From the NCBI GenBank assembly GCA_963666425.2, contig OY762825.2:2112001-2176000 (forward strand): a stretch of DNA of 64,000 bases, read 5' to 3'. The translations under genes and the position numbers were made by a program. This DNA is from Bacillota bacterium (GTDB taxonomy: Bacteria > Bacillota > JAAYKD01). Position 1 is the first letter of the stretch. The number at the start of each line of letters is the position of its first letter. The notes under the pieces were generated by a model, which was not told the DNA's origin, made no database searches, and saw nothing but the letters and a program-made list of their open reading frames with translations. Shown here one piece after another: positions 1 through 9,791 of this stretch.

Positions 1-1458
1 GTAGTTGCTTCTTTTGATAAAGAATTCGGCTCTGTGGAATGCGTCAACTGCGGCCAGTGTGTCAAAGCCTGCCCGGTGGGTGCCTTAACCCCAAAATTCC
101 AGATTGAAGAAGTTTGGAACGCGCTGCATGACGAGAAAAAGAAGGTTGTTGTGCAAATTGCTCCCGCGGTGCGAGTTGCTTTGGGTGAGTATTTTGGTTA
201 TAAACCGGGTACTTCCACCACCGGTCAGATTGTGACCGCCCTGCGCATGATGGGCTTCGATCAGATTTATGATACATCCTTTGCCGCCGACTTGACCGTG
301 ATTGAAGAAGGCAATGAGTTCCTGGCACGCTATGCAAAAAAGCAAAACCTGCCGCAGTTCACTTCCTGCTGCCCGGCCTGGATCAAATTTGCCGAACAGT
401 ATTACCCCGATCTGTTGGAAAATCTGTCCACCTGCCGTTCTCCACAGCAGATGTTCGGGTCTTTATGCAAGAATCAGCTGACAAAAACGCTGAAAGTAGC
501 CAGGGAAGATTTAGTGGTTGTCTCCATTATGCCCTGCACGGCCAAGAAATTCGAAGCCAAGCGCGAGGAATTTGCGGTAAATAAGAATCCCGATGTGGAT
601 TACGTGCTGACGACCAAAGAATTGTCGCTGATGATCAAAGAATTGGGCATTGATTTTGAAAAACTGGAACCGGGTTCTTTCGATTTGCCTTTCGGTTTCA
701 AAACCGGCGCCGGGGTGATTTTTGGCGCTTCCGGCGGAGTCAGCGAAGCGGTGCTGCGCTATGCGGCAGCCAGCTTAAGCAATGGTCAGCTGCCGGATAT
801 GAAGGAACTGCGTGGCGGCGATGAAGTCAAGATCAGTCAAATTACCTTGGGTGATATTACGCTGCGGCTGGCCGTGGTCAGCGGTTTACAGAACGCCCGT
901 AACTTAATCGATAAAATCCGCAGCGGAGAAGAACATTTCGATTTGGTGGAAGTAATGGCCTGCTGCGGCGGTTGTATCAACGGCGGCGGTCAGCCGGTGA
1001 CCGACCATGATCCGGATCTCGCGAAACGCGCCAAGGGTTTATTTGATAATGACAAGATGCTGCAGTTTCACAGCGCGCAGGAGAATCCGTATGTCATGAA
1101 AATGTATCAGGACGGCATCATCGACGAACATCTTGCCCATAGCATACTGCATACCGGTTACAAAAACCGTCGGCGGATCAGTATGGAAGATGTGGTCCTA
1201 TCCAAAGCCTCTGCGGAACAAAAGCTTTCCCTGAATATTTGTATGGGGACCAGCTGCTATCTGCGCGGTGCGCAGGAGCTCTACACCAGACTGATTCACT
1301 ATATCCGCGAAAACGGGCTGGAAGCCACGACGGAAGTCAATGCTTCCTTCTGCAGTGAGCGCTGTAAAAAGGGACCGGTTGTCACCATCAATGGCACGAC
1401 TATTGAACACTGCTCCTTCGAGGATGCGGTGCGCGAAATCAAGCGTGTTATAAGATAG
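1..1458 (+). CDS. hydA: [FeFe]-hydrogenase catalytic subunit (group A, HydA type) with C-terminal thioredoxin-like [2Fe-2S] domain; 5'-partial
   Basis: Frame open from base 1. Ferredoxin motif CVNCGQCVKACP; H-cluster motifs FTSCCPAW, MPCTAKKFE, EVMACCGGCINGGGQP; C-terminal ICMGTSC...FCSERC. Confidence 0.92.
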   Translation, partial: VVASFDKEFGSVECVNCGQCVKACPVGALTPKFQIEEVWNALHDEKKKVVVQIAPAVRVALGEYFGYKPGTSTTGQIVTALRMMGFDQIYDTSFAADLTVIEEGNEFLARYAKKQNLPQFTSCCPAWIKFAEQYYPDLLENLSTCRSPQQMFGSLCKNQLTKTLKVAREDLVVVSIMPCTAKKFEAKREEFAVNKNPDVDYVLTTKELSLMIKELGIDFEKLEPGSFDLPFGFKTGAGVIFGASGGVSEAVLRYAAASLSNGQLPDMKELRGGDEVKISQITLGDITLRLAVVSGLQNARNLIDKIRSGEEHFDLVEVMACCGGCINGGGQPVTDHDPDLAKRAKGLFDNDKMLQFHSAQENPYVMKMYQDGIIDEHLAHSILHTGYKNRRRISMEDVVLSKASAEQKLSLNICMGTSCYLRGAQELYTRLIHYIRENGLEATTEVNASFCSERCKKGPVVTINGTTIEHCSFEDAVREIKRVIR

Positions 1459-1592
1459 CGGTTCCGCTAAAAAACCACAAGATCAGATCAGGCATACGGC
1501 TTGGAGCAGACGATTTTTTGCTGCATTCCAGGCGTATGCCTTGTGTTATTGACGCGGATGTTTTATACTGGATTTAAAAACCGGATGAGAAG

Positions 1593-3467
1593 GTGAAAAA
1601 AATGGATGTTGAGCATCAGATCGAAGAGAAGCAGTTGTTGAAAACCAACGTGATTTATACGGAATTTGCCAATTGTCAGGATTGTTACCGCTGTGTCCGG
1701 GCCTGTCCCGTCAAAGCGGTGCGAGTCAGCAACAGCCAGGCTCGTGTGACCGACGATCTCTGCGTTCACTGCGGCATTTGTGTGCAGGAATGCCCTCAGC
1801 ATGCCAAAGTGATTGCCCCCAGTCTGAAGCAGGTCAAGCAATTGATTGCCAGCGGCAAGCCGGTAGCGGTTTCGCTCGCACCGTCTTTTGCCGCTCTGTT
1901 CAGCGGTTGGAGCGCCAGAAGACTGCCTTCTGCGCTCAGATTATTGGGATTTTCCTATATTGCCGAAACAGCGGAAGGCGCGGAATTTGTCTCGGAAAAG
2001 ACAGTGACGCTGCTCGATCAAGGCAATATTACCACCGCCTGCCCTGCCGTGGTCAATTATATTGAAAAATATCACCCCGAGTTGATTTCCTATTTGCTGC
2101 CGGTCGTTTCTCCGATGATTGCCCATGGCCGTATCTTAAAACAGCGCTTAGGCGCCGATTATAAAGTTGTTTTTATTGGGCCCTGTGCCGCCAAGAAGCA
2201 AGAAATTCTGCGGCCGGAACTGGCAGATGCCATTGATGCCGTCCTGACTTTCCAGGAACTGCAGGAATGGATGGACGAAGAAGAATTGGTCGTAGCTAAT
2301 TGCGCCGAATCCGATTTCGATCATAACGACGGTTATGAGAAAGCGCGTCTTTATCCGCTGCAGGGCGGACAATTAAAGGCCTGCGGCATCACGTCCGACA
2401 ACACACAAAACGATATCCTGCATATCAGCGGTGCTGAAAACCTGATCACCTTTTTTGCTTCCGCCAATAATCTCAATTATCGCATGATTGAACCGTTGTT
2501 TTGCAGCGGTGGCTGCATTGCCGGGCCGGCATTTCCGCAAAACCTCAATTTATATCAAAAGAAACAGGCTTTGATCGACTACGCGGAAAACTGCGCCCAG
2601 CTGAAGCATTTCCTGAAAGCCACCACCGGCAGCGAAAGAGCGGCCGCCGCGAACCAAGAAGCAGACACTGCGGCAAACCCGCTGCAGCCTGATCTGCCTG
2701 TGTCAGCCAGGGAGCAAGCTGTCCTGACAGGCCAATCGACCATCAAATCGCAGGTGAATGAGATCACTTATCTGACTGCGTTCGATCCCACGGAAGCAAT
2801 TCATTTGGAAGAAATCGATGAAAACAGAATTCAGCTTGCCCTGGAACACACCGGCAAGAGTTCTTCCGAGAATCATTTGAACTGCGGCGCCTGCGGTTAT
2901 AATACCTGCCGGGATAAGGCGATTGCCGTAGCCCGCGGTTTAGCCGATCCGGAAATGTGCCTGCCCTACATGCGCCGTTTAGCACAGCAGCGCTCCGATA
3001 AGATCATGGAGACGAGTCCGGATGGAATTGTCGTTTTGGATGCGGAACTGAACATTCTGCATATGAATCCCTCCTTCCAGAAAATGTTTTTCTGCAGCAA
3101 CGGTATTTTGGGGAAACGAATTTCTTATCTCGTCCCTGCCGATGGTTATGAGAAAATGGTCAGCGGTCAGGCCGAACAATATGAGTCGATTCACTCAAAG
3201 TATGGCATGAAGTATCACGAAATCCTCTATGCTTTGCGCAATGAAGCGCAGTACGTCGGCATCTATTCCAACATTACGCAGTTAAAGTTTGACAGCGGCC
3301 AGATCGATCTGATCAAACGTCAGACCTTAGAACATGCCAAAGAATTATTGGATCATCAAATCCGTTTTTCTCAGGAGATGGCGCATTTTTTGGGGAAGAA
3401 TACGGCCCAGAGCGAAGATCTGGTCAAGCGAATCACAGATTTGTTCTCGGATGACAGCAAAGTGTAA
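1593..3467 (+). CDS. Sensory [FeFe]-hydrogenase-like protein with FeS and PAS domains (HydS/HfsB type, group C)
   Basis: Two 4Fe-4S motifs; altered H-cluster motifs TTACPAV, GPCAAKKQE, EPLFCSGGC; CGACGYNTC FeS domain; PAS-like PDGIVVLD..ILHMN. Confidence 0.88.
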   Translation: MKKMDVEHQIEEKQLLKTNVIYTEFANCQDCYRCVRACPVKAVRVSNSQARVTDDLCVHCGICVQECPQHAKVIAPSLKQVKQLIASGKPVAVSLAPSFAALFSGWSARRLPSALRLLGFSYIAETAEGAEFVSEKTVTLLDQGNITTACPAVVNYIEKYHPELISYLLPVVSPMIAHGRILKQRLGADYKVVFIGPCAAKKQEILRPELADAIDAVLTFQELQEWMDEEELVVANCAESDFDHNDGYEKARLYPLQGGQLKACGITSDNTQNDILHISGAENLITFFASANNLNYRMIEPLFCSGGCIAGPAFPQNLNLYQKKQALIDYAENCAQLKHFLKATTGSERAAAANQEADTAANPLQPDLPVSAREQAVLTGQSTIKSQVNEITYLTAFDPTEAIHLEEIDENRIQLALEHTGKSSSENHLNCGACGYNTCRDKAIAVARGLADPEMCLPYMRRLAQQRSDKIMETSPDGIVVLDAELNILHMNPSFQKMFFCSNGILGKRISYLVPADGYEKMVSGQAEQYESIHSKYGMKYHEILYALRNEAQYVGIYSNITQLKFDSGQIDLIKRQTLEHAKELLDHQIRFSQEMAHFLGKNTAQSEDLVKRITDLFSDDSKV

Positions 3468-3476
3468 ACAATTGAG

Positions 3477-4628
3477 GTGATTGCGGTGAATTATTATGAG
3501 CATACAGTCAAACAGGAGAAGAAAGTCAATCAGCGTGTCTTGGGTGACTATTGCTTAAGCAGTCGAACCCCTACGATGTCCATTTTTGTTTTATGCGACG
3601 GGATCGGTTCGGGCATCTATGCCAACATCGCTGCGATCGTTTGTGCCAACCGCTTGGTCGAACTCGCGAGACATGAGTTTTCTTTTCGCAGCGCCTGCGA
3701 AATTGTGGCGGATTCCATGCACCGTGCCCGCACCGAAGAGATGCCTTTTTCCGCATTTACCGCGGTTAGGATTTTGAATGATGGCAATTTCACGATTTAT
3801 ACCTACGAATCGCCCAATCCGATCCTGATCAGCGAAGGGACAGCGCAGGTGATGAAACCGCGTTTCTATACGGCGGGCTACGAGATTATCGGTGAAAGCT
3901 TTGGTACTCTGCGGGAAAACGAAAGTTTGTTTCTCTGTTCCGACGGCGTAACGCAAGCCGGCATGGGCGCCAAATATGTTTTCGGTATCGGAGCCAATGG
4001 AATTGCCGATTATTTGAATCATGAGCTGGCGGAATCTGCGGACTGGCAGCTGAAGTTAGATAAGATCGTCGAACTAACCAAAAAAATCTCCGGTGGTTAT
4101 GCTGCCGACGATACTTCAATTTTGCTGATTCACCGCAGAAAAGCGGTCAGTTTAACCATTCTGTCCGGTCCGCCGGAGCAAAAGAACAGTGATCAGGAGT
4201 TTGTGGCCAGGTTCATGGCACAGGAAGGACTGCACATCATTTGCGGTTCCACCACCGCCGATATTGTGGCACGGGAACTGAAGCGCAAAGTCCAAATGGT
4301 TGAGGGTTCCCTCTCCCTGGGTTCGCCGCCGGAATATATCATGCAAGGCATCGAGATGGTTACGGAAGGGGCGGTCATGCTGAATCAGGTCTATAATATT
4401 ATCGACGAGCCGATCGCCCACCTGACCGACAGCACACCGGTGGAACGGCTCTGTAAATATCTGCTGCAGGCAGACAGCATTACCTTCATGATCGGGAACG
4501 CCTTGAATGATGCACATACTTCGTTGCTCTTTAAGCAGGTCGGTGTCAAACCGCGTTCGACCACGATGAAACTGATCAAAGAGAAATTGGAGCAGATGGG
4601 CAAATTAGTGATCGAAGAGAATTATTAA
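3477..4628 (+). CDS. SpoIIE/PP2C-family Ser/Thr phosphatase (HfsC type)
   Basis: LCDGIGSG, LCSDGV and DDTS motifs; lies directly after HydS. Confidence 0.88.
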   Translation: MIAVNYYEHTVKQEKKVNQRVLGDYCLSSRTPTMSIFVLCDGIGSGIYANIAAIVCANRLVELARHEFSFRSACEIVADSMHRARTEEMPFSAFTAVRILNDGNFTIYTYESPNPILISEGTAQVMKPRFYTAGYEIIGESFGTLRENESLFLCSDGVTQAGMGAKYVFGIGANGIADYLNHELAESADWQLKLDKIVELTKKISGGYAADDTSILLIHRRKAVSLTILSGPPEQKNSDQEFVARFMAQEGLHIICGSTTADIVARELKRKVQMVEGSLSLGSPPEYIMQGIEMVTEGAVMLNQVYNIIDEPIAHLTDSTPVERLCKYLLQADSITFMIGNALNDAHTSLLFKQVGVKPRSTTMKLIKEKLEQMGKLVIEENY

Positions 4629-4639
4629 GTCAAAAGACT

Positions 4640-4690
4640 AAAAACGGTTTCTTACGCCGGTCAAACCGATGCGAAAGAAGCCGTTTTTCG
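4640..4690 (+). terminator. Probable intrinsic terminator of the hydrogenase operon
   Basis: Imperfect stem AAAAACGGTTTCTT...AAGAAGCCGTTTTT. Confidence 0.55.
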
Positions 4691-4729
4691 TATTTGCGGT
4701 GCTGCAGCGGCAGCGATTGGACAACGGGC

Positions 4730-4755
4730 AGGATTCTGCAGTGGGTTTGGCGAAT
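4730..4755 (+). promoter_or_regulatory. sigmaH-like promoter upstream of lon
   Basis: AGGA-N18-GAAT. Confidence 0.55.
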
Positions 4756-4814
4756 TATACTAATTATGAATGATAATCTGAGAACCAGATTGTATAAAAA
4801 GAGGAGCTGTTTAC

Positions 4815-7184
4815 TTGTCAGAAGCAAAGAGTTATGTCGTGTTGCCTTTGGAAGAGGTTGTTGTTTTCCCGCATACCATGCTGCGGTTGGATTTTATGCA
4901 AAGTAAAGTGGAGCGCGATGTGGAAGACGCCATGGCGCGCGGTGAACAGGTGCTGATTGTTGGTTACCGCAAAGAAGTGGATGATACTGCCAGTCAGGTA
5001 GACGCCGATAAATTGGCTTTGGTTGGCACGATCTGCCGTGTGAAGCAAATCATGCGCTTACCCGGCGGTCAAAAGCAAGTTGTTTTGGAAGGTCAGCAGC
5101 GTGGTTTGGTGCATACTTATCAGCCGAACGGTGAAGAAGCACTGCGCGCTCAGGCAACCGAGCAGACGGATCCGGAGGCAGTCGATGAGAAATCCACTTT
5201 ATTGGTGGAACGGATCACCGAACGATTGCGGCAATTGATTCGGCTGAATCAAAAATATCCGGCCAGCGTGCTGAGAGAAGCCGGTATGATGCAGACACCC
5301 GGCTTATTCGCGGATTATTTGGCCACCCATCTGCAGTTTTCCTTTCAGGAAAAGCAGGTCATGCTGGCGGATCTATCGGTCGAGCAGCGTCTCTTGGATT
5401 TAAGTGTTTTTATCGAAAAAGTGATCCAGCGGCATGAACTGGAGAATTATATTCAAACCCAAACCCAAACCGTGATGGCGAAGAGTCAGCGGGAGTATTT
5501 TCTGCGCGAACAGATCAAGGTCATTCAGAAAGAATTAGGCGAAGCGGAAGAAAAGCAGGCGGAAAAAGAGCGGATGGCAGCCATGCTGGAAGCGATTCAA
5601 GGCATTTCTGCCGACAATAAAGAGAAGCTGAACAAAGAAATTAATCGTTTGGAAAAGATGCCGGCCAGTACTCCCGAAGCGGCTGTGCTGCGGCAATACC
5701 TGGATACGGTCTTTCAATTACCTTGGGATACCTTGACAGAAGATATGCTGGATATCAAGGCGGCCGAGATGGTTCTGGATCAAGACCATTATGCTTTGGA
5801 AAAGCCAAAAGAGCGGATTCTGGAATACTTGGCGGTCCGACAGTTGAGCAACAGCCTGAAAGGACCGATTATCTGTCTGGTCGGACCACCGGGAACCGGC
5901 AAAACATCCCTGGCCAAATCCGTTGCCAGAGCGCTGAATCGTAAATTCATCCGGATTTCTTTGGGTGGAGTGCGGGATGAAGCCGAAATTCGCGGTCACC
6001 GCCGCACCTATGTGGCTTCCATGCCGGGACGGATTATTCAGGGTATTCGGCAAGTGGGGGTACGTAACCCGGTTTTCCTGCTGGATGAGGTTGATAAGAC
6101 AAGCAGCGATTTTCGGGGGGATCCGGCCGCCGCTTTGCTGGAGGTGCTGGATGCGGAACAGAACAACACCTTCTCCGATCATTATTTGGAAATCCCCTTT
6201 GATTTATCGCAGGTTCTCTTTATCACAACCGCCAATAATGCCAGAGAGATTCCGCGCCCGCTGTTGGATCGCATGGAATTGATCGAACTGTCCAGTTATA
6301 CCGAAGAAGAGAAATTCGAAATCGCCAAGCGTCATTTGATTCCTAAACAATTGCAGGAGAATGGCTTACGGGATGATCAGCTGCAGTTTGCCGATAAAAC
6401 GCTGGTCCGGATCATTTCCGCTTATACCAGAGAAGCCGGTGTGCGGCAGTTGGAACGGCAGATCGGTAAAATCTGCCGCAAACGAGCCCGACAGATTCTG
6501 AGCGGCGAGGACGGTAAGCTAAACCTGACCGCCAACAAATTGGATAAATTCCTGGGTACCGCAATCTACAGTCATACCGCGGCCGAAAAGCAGGATCAGG
6601 TTGGTGTTGCCACCGGCATGGTTTGGACAGAAATGGGAGGCGAAATCCTACCGATCGAAGTCAGTATTTTGGAAGGCAAGGGTGACTTGATTCTGACCGG
6701 CAAACTGGGTGAGGTGATGCAGGAGTCCGCCCGGATTGCCTTGAGTTATGTCCGTTCCAAAGGCGAAGCTTATGGGCTGCTGCCGGAATTCTATAAAGAA
6801 AAGGATATCCATATTCATGCACCGGAAGGGTCCGTCCCCAAGGAAGGACCTTCGGCCGGAGTCGCTCTGGTTACGGCCTTGGTTTCGGCTTTTACCAAAG
6901 TTCCCGTGCGGCGCGATGTTGCCATGACCGGTGAAATCACCTTGCGCGGTAATATTCTGCCGATTGGGGGCTTAAAAGAAAAGCTGCTGGCTGCCTATCG
7001 AGCCGGCATCTACGAGGCGGTCATCCCCGAAGAAAACCGCAAGGACATGGAGGAATTACCGGAATCGATTCAGCGGAAAATGACCATCCATTATGCAGAA
7101 AATTATGAACAGGCGCTGGGCTATCTGATTCCCGAATTGGAAAGAAGTATCAAACAGATGAAACGGGGAAAGAAAGAGGAATAA
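4815..7184 (+). CDS. lon: ATP-dependent protease La (LonA)
   Basis: LON N-domain; Walker A GPPGTGKT; RGHRRTY; PKEGPSAG catalytic Ser; IGGLKEK; TTG start with GAGGAG RBS. Confidence 0.96.
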   Translation: MSEAKSYVVLPLEEVVVFPHTMLRLDFMQSKVERDVEDAMARGEQVLIVGYRKEVDDTASQVDADKLALVGTICRVKQIMRLPGGQKQVVLEGQQRGLVHTYQPNGEEALRAQATEQTDPEAVDEKSTLLVERITERLRQLIRLNQKYPASVLREAGMMQTPGLFADYLATHLQFSFQEKQVMLADLSVEQRLLDLSVFIEKVIQRHELENYIQTQTQTVMAKSQREYFLREQIKVIQKELGEAEEKQAEKERMAAMLEAIQGISADNKEKLNKEINRLEKMPASTPEAAVLRQYLDTVFQLPWDTLTEDMLDIKAAEMVLDQDHYALEKPKERILEYLAVRQLSNSLKGPIICLVGPPGTGKTSLAKSVARALNRKFIRISLGGVRDEAEIRGHRRTYVASMPGRIIQGIRQVGVRNPVFLLDEVDKTSSDFRGDPAAALLEVLDAEQNNTFSDHYLEIPFDLSQVLFITTANNAREIPRPLLDRMELIELSSYTEEEKFEIAKRHLIPKQLQENGLRDDQLQFADKTLVRIISAYTREAGVRQLERQIGKICRKRARQILSGEDGKLNLTANKLDKFLGTAIYSHTAAEKQDQVGVATGMVWTEMGGEILPIEVSILEGKGDLILTGKLGEVMQESARIALSYVRSKGEAYGLLPEFYKEKDIHIHAPEGSVPKEGPSAGVALVTALVSAFTKVPVRRDVAMTGEITLRGNILPIGGLKEKLLAAYRAGIYEAVIPEENRKDMEELPESIQRKMTIHYAENYEQALGYLIPELERSIKQMKRGKKEE

Positions 7185-7793
7185 ATGAAAATCAAGCAAA
7201 TTGAACTCGTCATGTCTGCCGGTTTTGTTTCTCAATGCCCGCCGGATGTGCTGCCGGATATTGCTTTTGCCGGCCGTTCCAATGTGGGGAAATCCTCCCT
7301 GCTCAATGCAATGTTTCAGCGCCGCAGTCTGGCGCGGACCTCTTCAACACCGGGCAAGACGCAGACCTTGAATTTTTATCGTATCAACGATTGTTTTAAC
7401 ATGGTCGATCTGCCCGGTTATGGTTATGCCGCTCTGGGTAAAGGCAAGCAACAGACGATCAGTCAGCTGCTGCAGGATTATTTATTGAAGCGACAGCAGC
7501 TGCAGCTGGTGGTACAGCTGGTGGACAGCCGGCACGAACCTTCGCAGCTGGATCAGGAAATGACGGCTTTTCTGCAGCGCTGCTCACTGCCGTTTATTGT
7601 GGTTGGCACCAAGCGTGATAAGCTGACACGCAGTCAATGGCAGAGTCAGGCGGCTATGCTGAAACGGTCCTTGTTGCTGCCGGAACCTCCGCTCTTGTTT
7701 ACCACGGAAGAAGAACAAAGCCGAGAGGCGCTTTGGGCTGTTTTAGAGCAATTAGTGCCGCAAATTCTGCAGATGCCGGAAGAAACGGTTTAG
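7185..7793 (+). CDS. engB: Ribosome biogenesis GTPase YsxC/YihA
   Basis: GRSNVGKSS, TPGKT, DLPGYG, TKRD; conserved lon-engB order. Confidence 0.96.
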   Translation: MKIKQIELVMSAGFVSQCPPDVLPDIAFAGRSNVGKSSLLNAMFQRRSLARTSSTPGKTQTLNFYRINDCFNMVDLPGYGYAALGKGKQQTISQLLQDYLLKRQQLQLVVQLVDSRHEPSQLDQEMTAFLQRCSLPFIVVGTKRDKLTRSQWQSQAAMLKRSLLLPEPPLLFTTEEEQSREALWAVLEQLVPQILQMPEETV

Positions 7794-7956
7794 GATTATT
7801 TACCGCAGTTTGTGATGCATAAAAAAGAAAACGGGCTGTCTTTAGCGGGGAATCAGAGCACTGCGGGACGGCCCTTCTTACTTGCGATCGCTGAGCAGAC
7901 TAAAAAGAAAAGCAAAGACAAAACTCCGGAGAAGGAAGAGAAAGGGAGCCGACAGA

Positions 7957-9732
7957 ATGGACATCACAGTACAGGCGAACGCCCTGAAGCTCGTTGGCCA
8001 GCTTTTTGACCGCAAGAGCAGTACACAGCCAATCATTCCTTATCTGCCTCAGAAAGCGATTTTTCCCAATCATCCGCAGCGGCAGTCCTTTCCCTCGGCT
8101 ACCCCCGAGTCTCAAGGCATTCCCTCCGCTTATCTGGCCCGCTTTATCGAAGAATTACAGGCGGATCCCAGTCTCGATCTGCATACGCTGATGATTCTGA
8201 AAAATGGTTTTGTCATTGCCGAAACAAGCTTTGGCGCCTATGATCTGCACACTTGGACCTTGGGGCATTCCTTTTGTAAATCGATCACCGGTTTAGCGAT
8301 CGGCATGCTGATTGACGATGGACTGCTGCAGCTGGACGATCATCTCGTCGATCTTTTTGCCAAACATAACAATATGCTCTCCCGGCTGACGCAGAAGAAT
8401 ATCACGGTGGCTCATTTACTAACCATGACGAGCGGTGTGGTTTTTAACGAAATCGGTGCCATTACCGAGACGGATTGGCTGAAAGCGTTTCTGGAATCGG
8501 GAGTTCGCTTCGAAGCGGGCAGTAATTTTGCTTACAACAGCATGAACTCCTACCTGCTCTCGGTGCTCGTCCGGGAAATCAGCGGACAGAGTTTAATGGA
8601 ATTTCTGCAGCCGCGCTTATTTCAGCCTCTGGCGATTGAGAATGTCTATTGGGAAGTTTGTCCCAAGGGCATCGAAAAAGGCGGCTGGGGTTTATATCTG
8701 GCGCCTGAGGACATGGCCAAGATCGGTCAGCTCTATCTGCAGCAGGGTAATTGGCAAGGCCAACAGCTCGTATCACGGCGATGGATTCAAGAGGCGACCT
8801 CAACGAAAATCAAGGCACCTGCCACGACGGGAGAGTATAACTACGGTTATCATATCTGGGTGAGCAGACAGGAACATGCTTTTTTGCTGAATGGTATGTT
8901 TGGGCAAAATGTGATTGGCTTTCCGGAAAGTCAGATTTTGGTCGTCACAACCGGCGGGGTTGGGGAGTTGTTCCAATTAGGCGGCTTCTTTCGGTTGCTG
9001 CATCGCTATTTTAAGGCAACCTATCATCCCGGCCATTTTCTGCCGGAAAATACGGCAGCGTACTTGCGTTTGCAGCGGCTGCGGCATTTGCCGGGGCATG
9101 GCTGGAACAAGACGGAAGCAGTGGCCGCCGTACCGCTTTCTCATTCACGCGAACCGGCTTTACCGCAGGCCTGCCTGACGCTCGACCAGCAGGTCTACAC
9201 TTTTAGCTCGGCAGAGGCGGACAGCGTCGGTTTGTTTCCGCTGATCGCGCAGATTATGCAGAACAATTATACCAAAGGCATCCGACGTTTGAAATTTCAG
9301 ATTCACGATCATCTGTTTTGGCTGATCGTGGAAGAAGAGGATGAAAGTTATAGCCTGCCGATTGGTTTTCACACAGATCAATTTACCTCGCTGTCTCTGC
9401 ATGGAGAATCTTATCTGGTTGGCTGCCGGGGGCAGTTTGCTCTGGATGAAGATGAGCATTTGGTACTGAAGCTGCGCTGTTCGTTTCTGGAACTCTCCGT
9501 AGCCCGTTTGATTAAACTCTATTTCGACGACAAACAGCTGCGGGTGAATTTCAGCGAATCGCCCGGTAAGGAAATCCTCTTTGGAGGTTTAGCTTCGGTT
9601 GTGGAGGAGGCTTCCAAAAAGAAATTCCTGGAGGCTGTCATTGCGCGTGTCGATGCAGACTACCTGGTTTATCGCATCGAGCGCTCTTTTAATCCGGTCT
9701 TGACAGCAAAGCTTGTGGAGGAGACCATCTAG
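7957..9732 (+). CDS. Serine hydrolase, beta-lactamase class C-like family, with C-terminal extension
   Basis: SFCK (SxxK), HLLTMTSG, YNS, GGWGL; start taken at ATG 7957 after GGGAG. Confidence 0.82.
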   Translation: MDITVQANALKLVGQLFDRKSSTQPIIPYLPQKAIFPNHPQRQSFPSATPESQGIPSAYLARFIEELQADPSLDLHTLMILKNGFVIAETSFGAYDLHTWTLGHSFCKSITGLAIGMLIDDGLLQLDDHLVDLFAKHNNMLSRLTQKNITVAHLLTMTSGVVFNEIGAITETDWLKAFLESGVRFEAGSNFAYNSMNSYLLSVLVREISGQSLMEFLQPRLFQPLAIENVYWEVCPKGIEKGGWGLYLAPEDMAKIGQLYLQQGNWQGQQLVSRRWIQEATSTKIKAPATTGEYNYGYHIWVSRQEHAFLLNGMFGQNVIGFPESQILVVTTGGVGELFQLGGFFRLLHRYFKATYHPGHFLPENTAAYLRLQRLRHLPGHGWNKTEAVAAVPLSHSREPALPQACLTLDQQVYTFSSAEADSVGLFPLIAQIMQNNYTKGIRRLKFQIHDHLFWLIVEEEDESYSLPIGFHTDQFTSLSLHGESYLVGCRGQFALDEDEHLVLKLRCSFLELSVARLIKLYFDDKQLRVNFSESPGKEILFGGLASVVEEASKKKFLEAVIARVDADYLVYRIERSFNPVLTAKLVEETI

Positions 9733-9742
9733 CAAGTTCATA

Positions 9743-9791
9743 CTAAAACCAAAGGGGATGCAGCGGTTGGCTGCATCCCCTTTGGTTTTAG
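9743..9791. terminator. Bidirectional intrinsic terminator between convergent genes
   Basis: Perfect 22-bp inverted repeat CTAAAACCAAAGGGGATGCAGC / GCTGCATCCCCTTTGGTTTTAG with 5-nt loop. Confidence 0.85.

Noticed and set aside
1549-1569. TTGACG...TATACT as a promoter for hydS
   Set aside because: Spacing is far shorter than 16-18 bp
6835-6862. Lon motif PKEGPSAG instead of PKDGPSAG
   Set aside because: Conservative D-to-E change; the Ser-Lys dyad is intact
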